From Candidatus Woesearchaeota archaeon (GTDB taxonomy: Archaea; Nanobdellota; Nanobdellia; SCGC-AAA011-G17; PNOQ01): a stretch of DNA of 64,000 nt. The stretch's first letter is position 1. The number at the start of each line of letters is the position of its first letter. Shown here piece after piece: positions 1 to 14,139 of this stretch. A program made the translations under genes and the position numbers. The stretch covers positions 6,392-70,391 of the forward strand of contig CAZPJW010000003.1 of NCBI GenBank assembly GCA_964587005.1, written 5' to 3'. Under the pieces are notes generated by a model. It was not told the origin of the DNA and made no database searches. It worked only from the letters and a program-made list of their open reading frames with translations.

Positions 1-329
1 TTTTACAATGCTAATATATTTTTGAGTTAGGATAGAAATATCTATATTCCATGGGTCCATTTTTTCAGTTTTTATTAAGTCAAATAGAATGGTTTGCCAT
101 GTAATCTCATCCTCTTTTAGCAGCATATCTAAAATTTGATCTTGCATAGAAGAATTTAGTTATATTTAGTTATTAAAGTTTGTGATTATAAACCCTAGGC
201 AAGTCCCTCCGAAAAGGCACCGGTTGGGTCGTTTAAGACTTGCTTGGGGAAAAAGAGGTGATATACATATGGAGAATATTTATTATTTATAAATCTTTCG
301 GTATTTGCTACTTTAGAATAGTTACAGGA

Positions 330-521
330 TTATTCTTTTTTTACCTTGAATTCCACGTATCCACACTTTCCACAGTATAATCTGTCTTTGTGGTCTGCTA
401 GGAATACTCCTGCTCCGCATTTTGGGCATGTTGGCTTCCTAATTAGGTTATTATCCTTTACTTCGTATTTTGAGTATTTTTTACTCGTTGCTTTGTTCTT
501 TGGTTTCGGTTTCTTTGCCAT
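330..521 (-). CDS. rps27ae: 30S ribosomal protein S27ae (eS31)
   Basis: 63 aa; basic N-terminus; CPKCG...CGKCG zinc ribbon typical of S27ae; sits beside S24e as in the canonical archaeal operon. Confidence 0.8.
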   Translation of the reverse strand: MAKKPKPKNKATSKKYSKYEVKDNNLIRKPTCPKCGAGVFLADHKDRLYCGKCGYVEFKVKKE

Positions 522-918
522 TTTCTTCCTTTACTTCTTCTTTTGGAGCTTCCTCAGCAGGCTTTTCCTCTACTTTCTCAGGTTCTGCTGGCTTTTCCTC
601 TTTTGGTTGCTCTTTAACAGGTTCAGTTTTTGGAGCTTCTTCTGCTTTTGGCTCTTCTTTTTTAGGTTCTTCGTATTTTTCTAGTTTTTTTAGTTCTTCT
701 AAACTATCATAAGCAAATGCTGAAATGATGGAGGTTCCTTCTCCAAATTTAGTATCTATTTTTTTTAGGATTATTAGTTCTTCTTTTGCTTTTAATTCTG
801 AAGCGATTAATTTCTTTATTTCATTATTTGAAGGAGTTGGTTTTCCTATGTGAGGAAACTCTGCTTCTATTTCAGTTCTATCTATTAATTTTGATTTTTC
901 TTTTTTTAGAATTTTCAT
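481..918 (-). CDS. rps24e: 30S ribosomal protein S24e with Glu/Pro/Lys-rich C-terminal extension
   Basis: N-terminal [29 protein letters not shown] matches the S24e family; the C-terminal ~50 aa are an [10 protein letters not shown] low-complexity tail; the 3' end overlaps the rps27ae start by 41 nt. Confidence 0.75.
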   Translation of the reverse strand: MKILKKEKSKLIDRTEIEAEFPHIGKPTPSNNEIKKLIASELKAKEELIILKKIDTKFGEGTSIISAFAYDSLEELKKLEKYEEPKKEEPKAEEAPKTEPVKEQPKEEKPAEPEKVEEKPAEEAPKEEVKEENGKETETKEQSNE

Positions 919-919
919 T

Positions 920-1105
920 TTAAAGTTTGATTGCGTATTCTCCCTTCACTTTTATCCCCGTATTTTTTGCGATCTCTGATTTCTCTGCATTGATAACTAT
1001 GATTTTTCCTTTCCAAGAATCTGAGAATTGATCTGATTCACAAAGAGGACATTTTGGTTTATCTGTTAAATATTTACATGTTCTGCATGCTTTTTTATTT
1101 GCCAT
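920..1105 (-). CDS. spt4: Transcription elongation factor Spt4 / RNA polymerase subunit E''
   Basis: 61 aa; CRTC...CPLC zinc ribbon; KGKIIVINAEKSEIAK motif; immediately downstream of rpoE' as in the conserved archaeal operon. Confidence 0.8.
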   Translation of the reverse strand: MANKKACRTCKYLTDKPKCPLCESDQFSDSWKGKIIVINAEKSEIAKNTGIKVKGEYAIKL

Positions 1106-1658
1106 TCTTTTTCTCCTTCTGTTTTTTTAGATCTTCTTCAATCCATTTTAAGTTTCCAAGGAAAGGTTGTCTCATTGTTAATCCGATTTTTGGATTGTTA
1201 GCTTCTTTATATGACACGGCAATTACTCTTGCTCTACATACATCATTTGCTTTTAATACTCTCTTTGATTCTTTTCCAGTTAGCACGTTTTCTTTGCTGA
1301 ATGATACATAGTCATCCATTGTTTGTGAAACGTGAATCATTCCGTCTATTGGTCCCATTTCTAAGAATGCTCCGAAGTCTGTTATTTCGGAAATTCTTCC
1401 TAGGACAACTTCTTGTAATTCTGGTATGAATGTGAATACTGTGAATGTTGTTTCGTAATGTGCGGCTCCATCTCCAGGGATAATTATTCCTTCTCCGATT
1501 GTGTCTATCTGTTTTATCCCAATTACAAAACCTAATTCTTCTGAAACATAGCCTTCGAATTTCTCGTTTAGACTCTTTATTACAGATTCTTTTACAGATT
1601 CCTTGAATAGGTTTGGTGGAACTCTGATGTGTTCTTTTAATTTTAGTTCGTAAAACAT
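1095..1658 (-). CDS. rpoE: DNA-directed RNA polymerase subunit E' (Rpb7 homolog, S1 domain)
   Basis: MFYELKLKEHIRVPP N-terminus and a C-terminal S1-like fold (ARVIAVSYKEANNPKIGLTMRQ); the ORF track extends to 1679, the likely start is Met at 1658. Confidence 0.8.
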   Translation of the reverse strand: MFYELKLKEHIRVPPNLFKESVKESVIKSLNEKFEGYVSEELGFVIGIKQIDTIGEGIIIPGDGAAHYETTFTVFTFIPELQEVVLGRISEITDFGAFLEMGPIDGMIHVSQTMDDYVSFSKENVLTGKESKRVLKANDVCRARVIAVSYKEANNPKIGLTMRQPFLGNLKWIEEDLKKQKEKKNGK

Positions 1659-1704
1659 TTTGTTAGTTTTTTGGGGCAAAGTTTGGTTTATAAAGGTTTT
1701 TGTT

Positions 1705-2037
1705 TTATTCGGAGATATACTTCTTTTGTCTTACGGTTATTGTTTTGATTTGTTTTTCTTTTAATTGTTTTTTTAGTTTTTTATCTTGAGTTGCAACTAT
1801 ATCTTCTTTTGTTGCTTCTTCAAGAATTAAATCATCAACTATTTTGTCTTTCTTTGTTTTTATTACTTTGAATTTTTTTATTTCTATTAATTTTAATGCT
1901 GCTTTTGCGTTAGAATTGCGGATAGATTCTAGTTCTTCTATAGTTTTATCTATTATGCAAGGATTAGTTATTTCTTCTATATTTACCTTGTTTTTTATTA
2001 CATTTATTAGGAAATCTGTATCCAATATTGTTTTCAT
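1705..2037 (-). CDS. PIN-domain protein (putative ribonuclease)
   Basis: MKTILDTDFLI N-terminus with acidic residues typical of a PIN fold; a PIN-domain gene conventionally sits upstream of rpoE'/spt4 in archaea. Confidence 0.4.
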   Translation of the reverse strand: MKTILDTDFLINVIKNKVNIEEITNPCIIDKTIEELESIRNSNAKAALKLIEIKKFKVIKTKKDKIVDDLILEEATKEDIVATQDKKLKKQLKEKQIKTITVRQKKYISE

Positions 2038-2157
2038 AATTATTAGTATTTTTTAGTATTTATAAAGGTTTTTTAGCTTATTTTGTTTTTTATGAATTTT
2101 GGGAGTAGGGGGCTTGAAACGACCAAATTCTGGCAGAAAGTTTTATAAACTAAAGTG

Positions 2158-2165
2158 TATAAATA
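2158..2165 (+). promoter_or_regulatory. Archaeal TATA box (TATAAATA) about 25 nt upstream of the ATG at 2190, suggesting a leaderless transcript
   Basis: TATAAATA sits in the divergent intergenic region between the PIN gene and the LAGLIDADG gene; the spacing fits a TATA centred near -27. Confidence 0.3.
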
Positions 2166-2189
2166 ATACTACTTTTAGAGGAAATTTAA

Positions 2190-5037
<2,848 letters not shown>

Positions 5038-5038
5038 A

Positions 5039-5578
5039 ATGAAAGAGAAAGTTTATTTTTTTGATTGGATGGAGACATTGGCCAATGTTCGTGCTAGTGA
5101 GAAAGAAATACTTACTCAGAGAGAGCATGAATTGCTGTTGGTGACCCCTTTTGAAGAAGTTGAGTTTTCTGAAGGAAGGGCGGAAATTGTTCATGATTTC
5201 CTTACCGGAGTTGAACATTTCTTATATTCTGATAGTGTTGATGTTATGTCAAGATTGAAGGAAGAAGGATATCGTTTGGGGATTGTTTCTGATATGTATG
5301 ATTTAACAGAGGAGATTGTTCGAAGAGAGTTTAGTGATTTTATTGGAATGTTTGATGTTTTTGTGACATCTGTGGGGGCAGGATTTGCTAAGCCATCTCC
5401 AAATATATATTTATCCGCAATTAATCAGTTGAATGAAAAAACAGGCATCTATACTCTTCCTGGACAGATTACTATGGTGGGAGATAGTGAGAGAAGAGAT
5501 ATTGATCCAGCTTCTAGACTGGGTATGCAAGCAAGATTAATTGACAGATCTTATCAAGGTTTGGAGGAAGTTTTTTAG
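5039..5578 (+). CDS. HAD-superfamily hydrolase (subfamily IA-like, degenerate motif I)
   Basis: Motif I FFDWMETL has the nucleophile Asp but the second Asp is replaced; motif II IVSD, Lys in FAKPSP, motif IV VGDSERRD. Confidence 0.5.
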   Translation: MKEKVYFFDWMETLANVRASEKEILTQREHELLLVTPFEEVEFSEGRAEIVHDFLTGVEHFLYSDSVDVMSRLKEEGYRLGIVSDMYDLTEEIVRREFSDFIGMFDVFVTSVGAGFAKPSPNIYLSAINQLNEKTGIYTLPGQITMVGDSERRDIDPASRLGMQARLIDRSYQGLEEVF

Positions 5579-5582
5579 ACAA

Positions 5583-6170
5583 ATGATAAAAGCAATTGTT
5601 TTTGATTTGGCCGGGGTGTTGATGGATATTGGAGGCATATCTGACAGTTTTAATAAACTGTGTAATAGATATGGTAAAGATGATGTTGTTCCTTGGCGAG
5701 ATTTTAGAGAGGAATGGAATAAAGTTAAATTGGATGAAATTAGTTGTGAAGATTTTTATAAGGTGATTGCTAGAAAACTAGAAATTGATTTTGAAGAAGT
5801 AAAACGGACATTCTCAAATATAGAGGTAGATAAAGAAATGAAAGAGCTTGTTTTAAAATTATTAGAAAGTTATAAAATAGGTATTCTTTCAAACACAACG
5901 AAAGATATATTAAGAGAATTGTTGAAAATTTGGGATTTAAATGCAGTTGCGAAAGTGACTACTTCGTGTTATGATAAAGTTAAGAAACCAGATACAGAAG
6001 CTATTGATTTAATCATTAAGAAATTGAATGTTGAAAAAGATGAAATTATTTTTATCGATGATAAGCTTGAAACTATTGAAACATATTCGGAATATGGAAT
6101 TAAATGTATAAAATTTGATAGTAAAGAACAGTTAGTTGAGGATTTAAAAAAATTTGGAGTTGAAGTATGA
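5583..6170 (+). CDS. HAD-superfamily hydrolase (dehalogenase/phosphatase-like, DxA motif I)
   Basis: [13 protein letters not shown] motif I, ILSNTT motif II, KKPD lysine, FIDDK motif IV; the ORF track start at 5541 is probably an N-terminal over-extension. Confidence 0.55.
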   Translation: MIKAIVFDLAGVLMDIGGISDSFNKLCNRYGKDDVVPWRDFREEWNKVKLDEISCEDFYKVIARKLEIDFEEVKRTFSNIEVDKEMKELVLKLLESYKIGILSNTTKDILRELLKIWDLNAVAKVTTSCYDKVKKPDTEAIDLIIKKLNVEKDEIIFIDDKLETIETYSEYGIKCIKFDSKEQLVEDLKKFGVEV

Positions 6171-8554
6171 ATAATAATAACAAAGTTCAGCAAAGGCTAA
6201 TTGAAGAAGAAATGAAAGAAGCGTACATAGATTATGCTATGTCTGTTATTGTTTCTAGAGCTTTGCCGAATGTTTGTGATGGTCTTAAACCAGTTCATAG
6301 AAGAATTTTGTATGCTATGAAAGATATGGGCATGCTTCATAATAAACCGTTTAAAAAATGTGCAAGAATTGTAGGAGAAGTTTTAGGTAAATATCACCCA
6401 CATGGAGATACTGCTGTTTATGATGCATTAGTTAGAATGGCTCAAGATTTTAGTTTGAGATATCCTTTGATTAATGGCCACGGAAATTTTGGAAGTGTGG
6501 ATGGAGATAGGGCGGCTGCAATGAGGTATACTGAAGCAAGATTGCAAAAGATGGCTTCTGATTTATTGGAAGATTTAGATAAGAATACTGTTGAATATGT
6601 TGATAATTTTGATGCTTCTTTGAAAGAGCCAGTTGTTTTGCCATCGAAATTACCGAATTTGTTAATTAATGGTTCTTCAGGAATTGCTGTTGGAATGGCA
6701 ACGAATATTCCACCACATAATGTTTCAGAGGCATTAGATGCTTGTATTGCTTTTGTTGATAACCAAGATATTTCTATTGATGAATTGATGAAATATGTAA
6801 AAGGTCCCGATTTTCCTACTGGCGGAATTATTTTGGGTAGTAACGGAATAATTAAAGCGTATAAAACTGGAAGAGGTTCTATTAGAATTAGGTCTGTTGT
6901 TGATATTGAAGATAATAAATTAATTATTTCGGAGATTCCTTATCAAGTTAATAAAACTACTTTAATAGAAGGTATTGTTAATTTAGTTAAAGAAAAAAGA
7001 GTTGAAGGCATTTCGGATATTAGAGATGAATCAGATAGAGATGGAATGAGAGTTGTTATTATTTTAAAGAAGAATGTTAATCCCGAATTAATTTTGAACC
7101 AATTATATAGGCTTTCTCAGTTGGAAGTTAGTTATGGTATGAATATGTTGGCTTTAGTTAATAATCAACCAAAAACTTTGTCTTTGTTTGATATGGTTAA
7201 ACATTTTGTTTTTCATAGAAAAGAGATTGTTGTTAGAAGAACGAAATTTGATTTAGATAAAGCTGAGAAAAGAGCACATATTTTAGAGGGTTTGAAAATT
7301 GCTTTGGAAAATATTGACGAAGTTGTTAAAACTATTAAATCTAGTAAAGATGTTGAAGGTGCTAGGAGATTATTAATAAGTAAATTTTCTTTATCTGAGA
7401 AGCAAAGCCAGGCTATTCTAGATATGAGATTACATAGATTGACTTCTTTGGAAACTAATAAGTTGAAGAATGAATATAATGATCTAATTAAGTTAATTAA
7501 GAATTTGAAAGAAATTTTACAAGATGAAAATAAAGTTTTTAAGATTATTAAAGATGAATTTTTGGAAATGAAGAAGAAATATGGCGACGATAGAAAAACG
7601 GAATTGCTTGATGTTGAAGAAGAAATTGAAGATGAAGATTTAATTAAAAAGGAGAATGTTGTTGTTACGGTTACTCATGATGGTTATGTGAATAGGTTGC
7701 CAGTTGAAACTTATCGTAGTCAGGGGCGTGGTGGAAAAGGTATTCGTGCTACCGGAACTAAAGAAGAGGATTTCGTTGAACATATTTTTACAACTAGTAC
7801 TCATGATTATTTGTTATTTTTTAGTAATTTGGGAAGAGTTTATTGGAGTAAAGCTTATTCAATTCCTTCTGGATCTAGATATGCAAAGGGAATGAATTTG
7901 ATTAATTTGCTTAGGTTAAGAGAGGATGAAAGAATTAAGACCATTATTCCAGTTTCTAGTTTTGAAGAAGGTTTTTTGAATATCATAACTAAGAAAGGTT
8001 TGATTAAGAAAACAGCTTTGAAAGCATACTCCAAACCAAGAAAAGGCGGAATTGTTGCGGTTAATTTGAAGCAAGGAGATAATTTAGTTGAAGTTATATT
8101 AACTAAAGATGGGGAGGAATTAGTTGTAGCTACTGCTAATGGTCGCGCTATTAGATTTAAAGATGAATTAATTAGGCCGGTTGGTAGGAATTCCCAAGGT
8201 GTTCGAGCTATAAAATTGAGGAAGGATAAAGTTATTGGCGTTGCTATTGCTAAAAATAGTTTACTTTCTGTTACCGAAAATGGTTATGGTAAAAGAACCG
8301 ATATTAAGGAATATAGTGTTATTGGTCGTGGTGGTTTGGGAGTTATTAATATAAAAACTTCTGATCGTAATGGAAAAGTTATTGGTATTAAATCTGTTAA
8401 ATCTGAAGATGATTTGATGTTGGTTACAAAGAAAGGTACGTTGATTCGTGTTTCGGCTAAGAATATTTCTAAGATTGGTCGTAATACGCAAGGTGTTAGA
8501 ATTATGAAGCTAAAAGAAGGCGATAAAGTTATTTCAGTTGCTAGAGTTTTTTAG
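6167..8554 (+). CDS. gyrA: DNA gyrase subunit A
   Basis: [28 protein letters not shown] and the active-site region [10 protein letters not shown]; C-terminal β-pinwheel repeats; start overlaps the preceding stop (ATGA). Confidence 0.95.
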   Translation: MNNNNKVQQRLIEEEMKEAYIDYAMSVIVSRALPNVCDGLKPVHRRILYAMKDMGMLHNKPFKKCARIVGEVLGKYHPHGDTAVYDALVRMAQDFSLRYPLINGHGNFGSVDGDRAAAMRYTEARLQKMASDLLEDLDKNTVEYVDNFDASLKEPVVLPSKLPNLLINGSSGIAVGMATNIPPHNVSEALDACIAFVDNQDISIDELMKYVKGPDFPTGGIILGSNGIIKAYKTGRGSIRIRSVVDIEDNKLIISEIPYQVNKTTLIEGIVNLVKEKRVEGISDIRDESDRDGMRVVIILKKNVNPELILNQLYRLSQLEVSYGMNMLALVNNQPKTLSLFDMVKHFVFHRKEIVVRRTKFDLDKAEKRAHILEGLKIALENIDEVVKTIKSSKDVEGARRLLISKFSLSEKQSQAILDMRLHRLTSLETNKLKNEYNDLIKLIKNLKEILQDENKVFKIIKDEFLEMKKKYGDDRKTELLDVEEEIEDEDLIKKENVVVTVTHDGYVNRLPVETYRSQGRGGKGIRATGTKEEDFVEHIFTTSTHDYLLFFSNLGRVYWSKAYSIPSGSRYAKGMNLINLLRLREDERIKTIIPVSSFEEGFLNIITKKGLIKKTALKAYSKPRKGGIVAVNLKQGDNLVEVILTKDGEELVVATANGRAIRFKDELIRPVGRNSQGVRAIKLRKDKVIGVAIAKNSLLSVTENGYGKRTDIKEYSVIGRGGLGVINIKTSDRNGKVIGIKSVKSEDDLMLVTKKGTLIRVSAKNISKIGRNTQGVRIMKLKEGDKVISVARVF

Positions 8555-8588
8555 TTAATCTTTTATACTTAGTTCATGATTCTAATAT

Positions 8589-9083
8589 ATGCCATACTAT
8601 GTTATTATTCGTGGACCTGTAGGCGTTGGTAAATCTGTTGTTGCTAAAAATTTAGCTAAACAGATTGAAGGTGTCCATATTTCTATAGATAGGATTTTAG
8701 AAGAGGAAAATTTTGAGGATGATTCTGAGGAGGGTTATATATCTAATAAAGGTTTTTTGAAAGCGAATGAATTTGCTGCCAAATTAGCTAAAGAACATTT
8801 GAAGAATGGGAAATCTGTTATTTTTGATGGGACTTTTTATTGGAAATCTCAAATTGATAGTTTGATTGAAACAATGGGATCGAGACATTATGTTTTTACT
8901 TTAAAGGCAGATTTTGATATTTTAGTTGGAAGGGATGATAAAAGAGAGAGTGGAAGTGTTGGTAAAGAGGCTCTTAGAGAAGGACTTAGCAAAGTTTCTT
9001 CGTTCTATGATGGATTTGTTATAAATACTAATAAGAAAAATTGTGAAGAAGTTGTTGGAGAAATATTATTTCATCTTAAATAA
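8589..9083 (+). CDS. P-loop NTPase, small AAA-type kinase (AAA_33-like)
   Basis: Walker A GPVGVGKS at the N-terminus; 164 aa; hydrophobic-Asp Walker B (VIFDG). Confidence 0.5.
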   Translation: MPYYVIIRGPVGVGKSVVAKNLAKQIEGVHISIDRILEEENFEDDSEEGYISNKGFLKANEFAAKLAKEHLKNGKSVIFDGTFYWKSQIDSLIETMGSRHYVFTLKADFDILVGRDDKRESGSVGKEALREGLSKVSSFYDGFVINTNKKNCEEVVGEILFHLK

Positions 9084-9114
9084 TTGAACCATATCCAATT
9101 AAAATTTTCTATTC

Positions 9115-9387
9115 TCAATTATTAAGAGACCTATACCACTCAGAGAATTCTTTTCTTTTCTTTTGGGAGAGCATTGTTGAAATTGGTTTGTATGAGAAGA
9201 CTATCCCAACCGCCCCGAAAAAAATAGTTATTGCTGCGGGCAAGTAGCCTATTTCTTGTTGTTCTGTTGGGTTTTTTATTTTTGGAGCAGAAAGTAATGT
9301 ATTCTCTAATTTATTAGCTTCTGTAAATCTGGGCGAACTAAGTGTTAAAGTTGAAATTAGAAGAGTGTTGTATAGTTTATTTTTCAC
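9115..9387 (-). CDS. Hypothetical small membrane/secreted protein
   Basis: N-terminal hydrophobic segment and a central TM helix ([14 protein letters not shown]); no recognisable domain. Confidence 0.3.
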   Translation of the reverse strand: MKNKLYNTLLISTLTLSSPRFTEANKLENTLLSAPKIKNPTEQQEIGYLPAAITIFFGAVGIVFSYKPISTMLSQKKRKEFSEWYRSLNN

Positions 9388-10616
9388 ATTAACTCACCGT
9401 AACCAATTAATCTCCAACGTGCACCAAGCATTCTTGCGATTGTTATTCTTTCGTTTTTGAATGCGCAAACTGGTTTTTTTAGTTTGAGTTTTATAGAATC
9501 TTTTTTTAGTTCTGTTACTGTTCCTACTGTTGCCGTTGAATTTACATTAAGCATTAAGATTTCGTTCATTTTTATTGGTTCAACTACTAATTCATCTTTT
9601 GAACCTACAACTCTTTCTAGTAATGTTTGTTTTAAATTAAGTTCTTCTAAAGTTTCTGGCATTTTTCCGTGTAAACCAGCTACATTTCCAACTAATGAAT
9701 CTGATTTTACTAATGTTGGGTCTAGTTTTGTTTGGATTCCTGCAGAACCTCCAGGAGTTATTTCTGAAACTTCTTGGTTTCCGGTAATTAGAGATTCAAT
9801 TTGAGTTTGTATTGGTTCCCAGATTATTTTATTTTGTTTTTCTGTTTTTATTCCAGGTTTTATTTCAATTAAATCTCCTTTTTTTAATATTCCCGTTTTC
9901 ATTGCTCCACCTAAAACTCCACCCTTTAGACCTTTTATTACGGTTCCAGGTTTGTTGATGTCAAATGATCTTGCTACTAAGAATAAAGGATCTTTTTTTT
10001 GGTCTCTTTCTGGAGTCGGGAATGTTTCTTGTATTGTTTTGATTAGGACGTCAATGTTTATTTTGTGTTGAGCAGAAATAGGTATTATTGGCGAATCTTC
10101 ATAATTTGTTCCTTTTAGAAATTCTTTAATTTGTTTGTAGTTTTCTAAAATTTTTTCTTTATCTACTAAATCTATTTTATTTTGTATAATTATTACATTT
10201 TTTACTTCAGCTATTTCTAATGCCATTAAGTGTTCTTTTGTTTGTGGTTGAGGGCATTCTTCTGTTGCCGAAACCATTAATAATGCTGCATCCATGATTG
10301 CTGCTCCAGAAAGCATTGTTGCCATTAGTGTTTCGTGGCCAGGAGCATCTATGAATGAGACTTTTCTTAGTGGGATAAATTTTGGTTTTTTTTCTACTGT
10401 ATAACATTCTGGATCTTTTTTATCTGGATCTTTATAGAATGTAGTGTCTGCGTATCCTAATTTTATTGTGATTCCTCTTTTTAATTCTTCAGAATGAACG
10501 TCTGTCCATTTTCCGGACAAAGCTTGTGTTAAGGTGGTTTTTCCGTGGTCAACATGTCCAACTAATCCTATACTAATTTCTGGTTGTAATTCTTTGGTTT
10601 CATTTTTCTTAGGCAT
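9384..10616 (-). CDS. eif2g: Translation initiation factor 2 subunit gamma (aIF2γ)
   Basis: G-domain [21 protein letters not shown]; the zinc-knuckle region and domains II/III typical of aIF2γ. Confidence 0.9.
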   Translation of the reverse strand: MPKKNETKELQPEISIGLVGHVDHGKTTLTQALSGKWTDVHSEELKRGITIKLGYADTTFYKDPDKKDPECYTVEKKPKFIPLRKVSFIDAPGHETLMATMLSGAAIMDAALLMVSATEECPQPQTKEHLMALEIAEVKNVIIIQNKIDLVDKEKILENYKQIKEFLKGTNYEDSPIIPISAQHKINIDVLIKTIQETFPTPERDQKKDPLFLVARSFDINKPGTVIKGLKGGVLGGAMKTGILKKGDLIEIKPGIKTEKQNKIIWEPIQTQIESLITGNQEVSEITPGGSAGIQTKLDPTLVKSDSLVGNVAGLHGKMPETLEELNLKQTLLERVVGSKDELVVEPIKMNEILMLNVNSTATVGTVTELKKDSIKLKLKKPVCAFKNERITIARMLGARWRLIGYGELM

Positions 10617-10660
10617 AAGAATTTGATTTTTGTGATGGTTTATAAATATATTGGTAAGAA

Positions 10661-11173
10661 TTAAGGTAGTGACTTTTTTACAAGTTTTTTTAAATAGGCA
10701 TCTTTATATTTTCTATATCTTTTGCCGTCTCCCCCCGCATATTTGACTGCATTTTTTTTTATTAAGGAATACTTTTTTGCTTCATCCTTATGTTGATTTA
10801 GATAGTCTCTAACCGCAATCATTTCTTCCCATTTTTTACTGTTATAGTAAGTAAGCTGTATATGTACCCGTCTTTCTTTTTTATTATATTTTATAATTTT
10901 TTGAAGAAATTTTCTTTCTTCATCTCCAGTATATGGTTTGTAAACATATCTGTTATTCTGTAATTTTTTTATCGCTTTTTCTACTTCTGTTTTTGGAACA
11001 GAAATTGTTATATCAATTATTCCTTTCCCGCCGAGATTTTTTACTGCGGAGCTACCAATGTGTTCTATTTTTGATTTTGGAAGTATTTTTGATAATCTCC
11101 TCTTTTCTTTTTTGAATAATTCTTGGTATTTTTTTGAGTATCTTAAATAGATGTATTTCTCTTTTTCTACCAT
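10661..11173 (-). CDS. GrpB-family protein (nucleotidyltransferase fold, UPF0157)
   Basis: [20 protein letters not shown] motif characteristic of GrpB/DUF98-type proteins. Confidence 0.6.
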   Translation of the reverse strand: MVEKEKYIYLRYSKKYQELFKKEKRRLSKILPKSKIEHIGSSAVKNLGGKGIIDITISVPKTEVEKAIKKLQNNRYVYKPYTGDEERKFLQKIIKYNKKERRVHIQLTYYNSKKWEEMIAVRDYLNQHKDEAKKYSLIKKNAVKYAGGDGKRYRKYKDAYLKKLVKKSLP

Positions 11174-11244
11174 ATTTTCAAATTAGAATTCTTTATTTAT
11201 AACTATTTGTAATTTTTAATTAGGGGCAAGAATCACTTCTTCTT

Positions 11245-11700
11245 TTACTTTGGTTCCTCTTTAGGAGCTTCTTTTACTTCTTCAGTAGGTTTTTCTTCTG
11301 ATTTTGTTTCTTCTGCTGGAGCTTCGGGTTCTTTTTCTAAGCCTAAAACTTTTGGAAGAGTATCTTTACCGTATTTTTCAACCTTTAAATTTATTTGAGA
11401 AATTGATTCATCAATAGTATTTCCATGCATTGTTTTTCTTTGTTGCATTCCTTTGACTTTGTTTTTTACTCCAATGCCAGAAACGACTAAGGGTCTTTTT
11501 CTTCCAATTCCAGGAATATCGGATCTCATTGGAAAACCTTGTTTATCAGATCCTCCTGTTATTGTGAATTCATAACCTTTGAAACCAAATTCGTCACCAG
11601 AGATTTTTTCTCCGATTTTTTTATTTAAGAATATATCTGATTCTACTTCTTTCTTATATGATTTTTTTGCTTTTACATCGTTTATTGTTAGTTTGAACAT
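11245..11700 (-). CDS. rps6e: 30S ribosomal protein S6e with an EPK-rich C-terminal tail
   Basis: ITGGSDKQGFPMR and GMQQRKTMHGNTI conserved S6e motifs; the C-terminal EKEPEAPAEETKSEEKPTEEVKEAPKEEPK tail is low complexity. Confidence 0.8.
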   Translation of the reverse strand: MFKLTINDVKAKKSYKKEVESDIFLNKKIGEKISGDEFGFKGYEFTITGGSDKQGFPMRSDIPGIGRKRPLVVSGIGVKNKVKGMQQRKTMHGNTIDESISQINLKVEKYGKDTLPKVLGLEKEPEAPAEETKSEEKPTEEVKEAPKEEPK

Positions 11701-11703
11701 TTT

Positions 11704-13443
11704 TTACATACCCCACGTTGGATTTTCATTTCTTTTGATTTCGGCGATTTCTTTTAACAATTGGGTCTCTGATTCATTTAAATACTTTTTCATTAGTTTT
11801 TTAAGCTTTTTGAAGTCTCCTTGTGGAATATCTGAGTATAAAATATCATTTTCCTTGATTTGTCTGCCACAAGTTATGTTTGGTAAGGAAATAGCGACTT
11901 CTTTGCCTTGTTTTGCTTCTTGCACAGTTTCTTTATTGTCTTGTATTTCTTTTAGCTCGGTTAGTTTTTTTCCTTTTGATGTCATTAAAGGAGTTCCAGC
12001 TCTTGCTGTTCCTATTAATATATCTACTCCAACTACAGCAGGATTTAACTGTCTAAAAACACATCCGGGCATAATTTTTAGTTTGAAAGGTTTTACTAGG
12101 TCTTGAAATTCTTTTTCTTCTAATGATTTTGATGTTGTGTCTAAGTGTTTTGTAACATCATCGATTATTTTATAGATTATGTTGTTTGTAATTATTTTTA
12201 CTTCTTTAGATTCTTCTAAAACTTTTATGTTGAAACCAACTACTGTTTTGTTTAGTGGGTCTTCGTTTGAAGAAGCTTCTGCAATGTCGTTTTTTGTTAT
12301 ATTTCCGATTGCTGCCTTTTTTATTTTTATGTTTTTATCTTTTAATAATGAGATTAATGCTTCTAAAGAACCAAGAGTGTCTGCTTTTGCTATAATTCCT
12401 TCGTTGTCTGTGTCTATTGTGACTTCATCTATTTCTTGTTGAAGTTCTTTTATTATTTCTTTTTCATTTTCTTTATTTGAAACTCTTAATGGCATTCCGG
12501 GAATTGCTTCTTCTAAATTTGGTGAAGAAATTTTTATTCCTGCTGATGCATGTACTTCTTTTTTTTCTGTTAGTTTCGATTTTTCATATTTGAATAAACA
12601 TTTTACTTTTGTTTTTATTGGTTCATTTAAAGTTCCAATTACAATATTATCATTTTGTTTTATCTTTCCATCGTAAATTACTACATCTAGTGTTTTTCCA
12701 ATTCCTTTTTCTTCTGTTACTTCTAGTATTGTTCCTTTTGCAGGTTTTTCTAGATCTGTTTCTAAAGAAGATTCTAAGAATTTTTGAGCTAGCCCGGAAA
12801 TTACCATAAGCAATTCTGGTAAGCCATCTTTTGTTTTTGCAGAACAAGGGATTATTGCTACTTGTTTTGTGTAATCTTGTAATCTGTCAAATCTTTCTGA
12901 TTGTAGGCCGTGTTCGTGTAGAGTTTGAACTATTTTGTATAATTTTGTTTCGATATCAGTTGTTACATAATCTTGTTGATCTTTGATATTTTGCAAGATT
13001 GGTTTTTTTGGATCTGAAATAAATCCTCCAGATCTGTCTATTTTATTTGCTGCTACTACGAATGGAGTTTTTGAGTTTTTTAGAATTTCAATAGCTTCTA
13101 GTGTTTGAGGTTTTGCACCTTCGTTCATATCAATAACTAGGATTGCGATGTCTGCTATATTTCCTCCCCTTTTTCTTAGGGTTGTGAAAGCTTCGTGCCC
13201 AGGGGAGTCTATGAATAAAATTCCTGGAATTGTTAAGTTAATATTTTTTAATAAATCTCCACAGGTTTGTTTTATTTTATTTAGTTCTATTGAATGTGCT
13301 GTGATGTTTTGAGTTATTCCTCCGGCTTCTTTGTCTGCCACAGATGTCTCTCTAATTGAGTCTAGAATACTTGTTTTTCCGTGGTCTACGTGTGCTAATA
13401 ATACACATATTGGTTGTCTTAGCATTTTCTTAATATTAGGCAA
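11704..13443 (-). CDS. infB: Translation initiation factor IF-2 (aIF5B)
   Basis: AHVDHGKTSILD, DSPGHEAF, NKID G-motifs followed by β-barrel domains; 579 aa. Confidence 0.9.
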   Translation of the reverse strand: MPNIKKMLRQPICVLLAHVDHGKTSILDSIRETSVADKEAGGITQNITAHSIELNKIKQTCGDLLKNINLTIPGILFIDSPGHEAFTTLRKRGGNIADIAILVIDMNEGAKPQTLEAIEILKNSKTPFVVAANKIDRSGGFISDPKKPILQNIKDQQDYVTTDIETKLYKIVQTLHEHGLQSERFDRLQDYTKQVAIIPCSAKTKDGLPELLMVISGLAQKFLESSLETDLEKPAKGTILEVTEEKGIGKTLDVVIYDGKIKQNDNIVIGTLNEPIKTKVKCLFKYEKSKLTEKKEVHASAGIKISSPNLEEAIPGMPLRVSNKENEKEIIKELQQEIDEVTIDTDNEGIIAKADTLGSLEALISLLKDKNIKIKKAAIGNITKNDIAEASSNEDPLNKTVVGFNIKVLEESKEVKIITNNIIYKIIDDVTKHLDTTSKSLEEKEFQDLVKPFKLKIMPGCVFRQLNPAVVGVDILIGTARAGTPLMTSKGKKLTELKEIQDNKETVQEAKQGKEVAISLPNITCGRQIKENDILYSDIPQGDFKKLKKLMKKYLNESETQLLKEIAEIKRNENPTWGM

Positions 13444-13478
13444 GAATTTGGTTTTTTAAAGGTTTCTAATAAAAAGTT

Positions 13479-13486
13479 TTATAAAG
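13479..13486 (+). promoter_or_regulatory. Putative TATA box upstream of adk
   Basis: TTTATAAA lies about 21–28 nt upstream of the ATG at 13507. Confidence 0.25.
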
Positions 13487-13506
13487 AATACTCTTTGTTC
13501 ATTTCC

Positions 13507-14139
13507 ATGAAATTAATATTTTTGGGTGCACCTGGTGCAGGGAAAGGAACATATTCTTTTAAGATTAAGGATGAGATGAATGTTGCTCATATTTCTACTG
13601 GTGATTTATTAAGAGAAAATGTAGATCATGAAGAGCATGGTAGTATGATAAAGGAAACTATGTCTGAAGGCAAGTTATTTCCTGATGAAATAATGGCTTC
13701 TTTATTAATTGAAAGGTTATCTAAGGATGATTGTAATAATGGTTTTATTTTAGATGGCTTTCCAAGAACTGTTAGACAAGCTGAGATTTTAATAGAGAAA
13801 GGAATTGAAGTTGATAAGGTTGTTCAGTTAGATGTTAATGAAGAAACTGTTTTGAATAGATTATCTGGGAGACATACTTGTACTGGTTGTAAGAAATTAT
13901 ATAATGTTAATACTGGGATGTTGCCCGAACAAGAAGGAAAATGTGATGATTGTGGTGCAGAATTATTCCAAAGAGAAGATGATAAAGAGGAAACAATTAA
14001 AAAAAGACTTGCTGTTTATCATGAAAGTACTTCTCCTTTGATTGAATTTTATGAAAGCAAGGGCAAATTAATAAAACATGATTCAAATAGAGAAGTTACA
14101 GTTGTTATTCCTGAATTAATTGAAAGATTAAAAGAATAA
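13507..14139 (+). CDS. adk: Adenylate kinase (long type with zinc-binding lid)
   Basis: MKLIFLGAPGAGKGT P-loop, GFPRT, lid CTGC...CDDC; the ORF track start at 13495 is a TTG, the ATG at 13507 is the more likely start. Confidence 0.9.
   Translation: MKLIFLGAPGAGKGTYSFKIKDEMNVAHISTGDLLRENVDHEEHGSMIKETMSEGKLFPDEIMASLLIERLSKDDCNNGFILDGFPRTVRQAEILIEKGIEVDKVVQLDVNEETVLNRLSGRHTCTGCKKLYNVNTGMLPEQEGKCDDCGAELFQREDDKEETIKKRLAVYHESTSPLIEFYESKGKLIKHDSNREVTVVIPELIERLKE

Noticed and set aside
346-712. Plus-strand ORFs 346–684 and 470–712 (Phe/Leu/Ser-rich translations)
   Set aside because: They are antisense shadows of the rps27ae/rps24e genes. The low-complexity poly-F/L/S composition is what an AT-rich Lys/Glu-coding strand gives when read in reverse.
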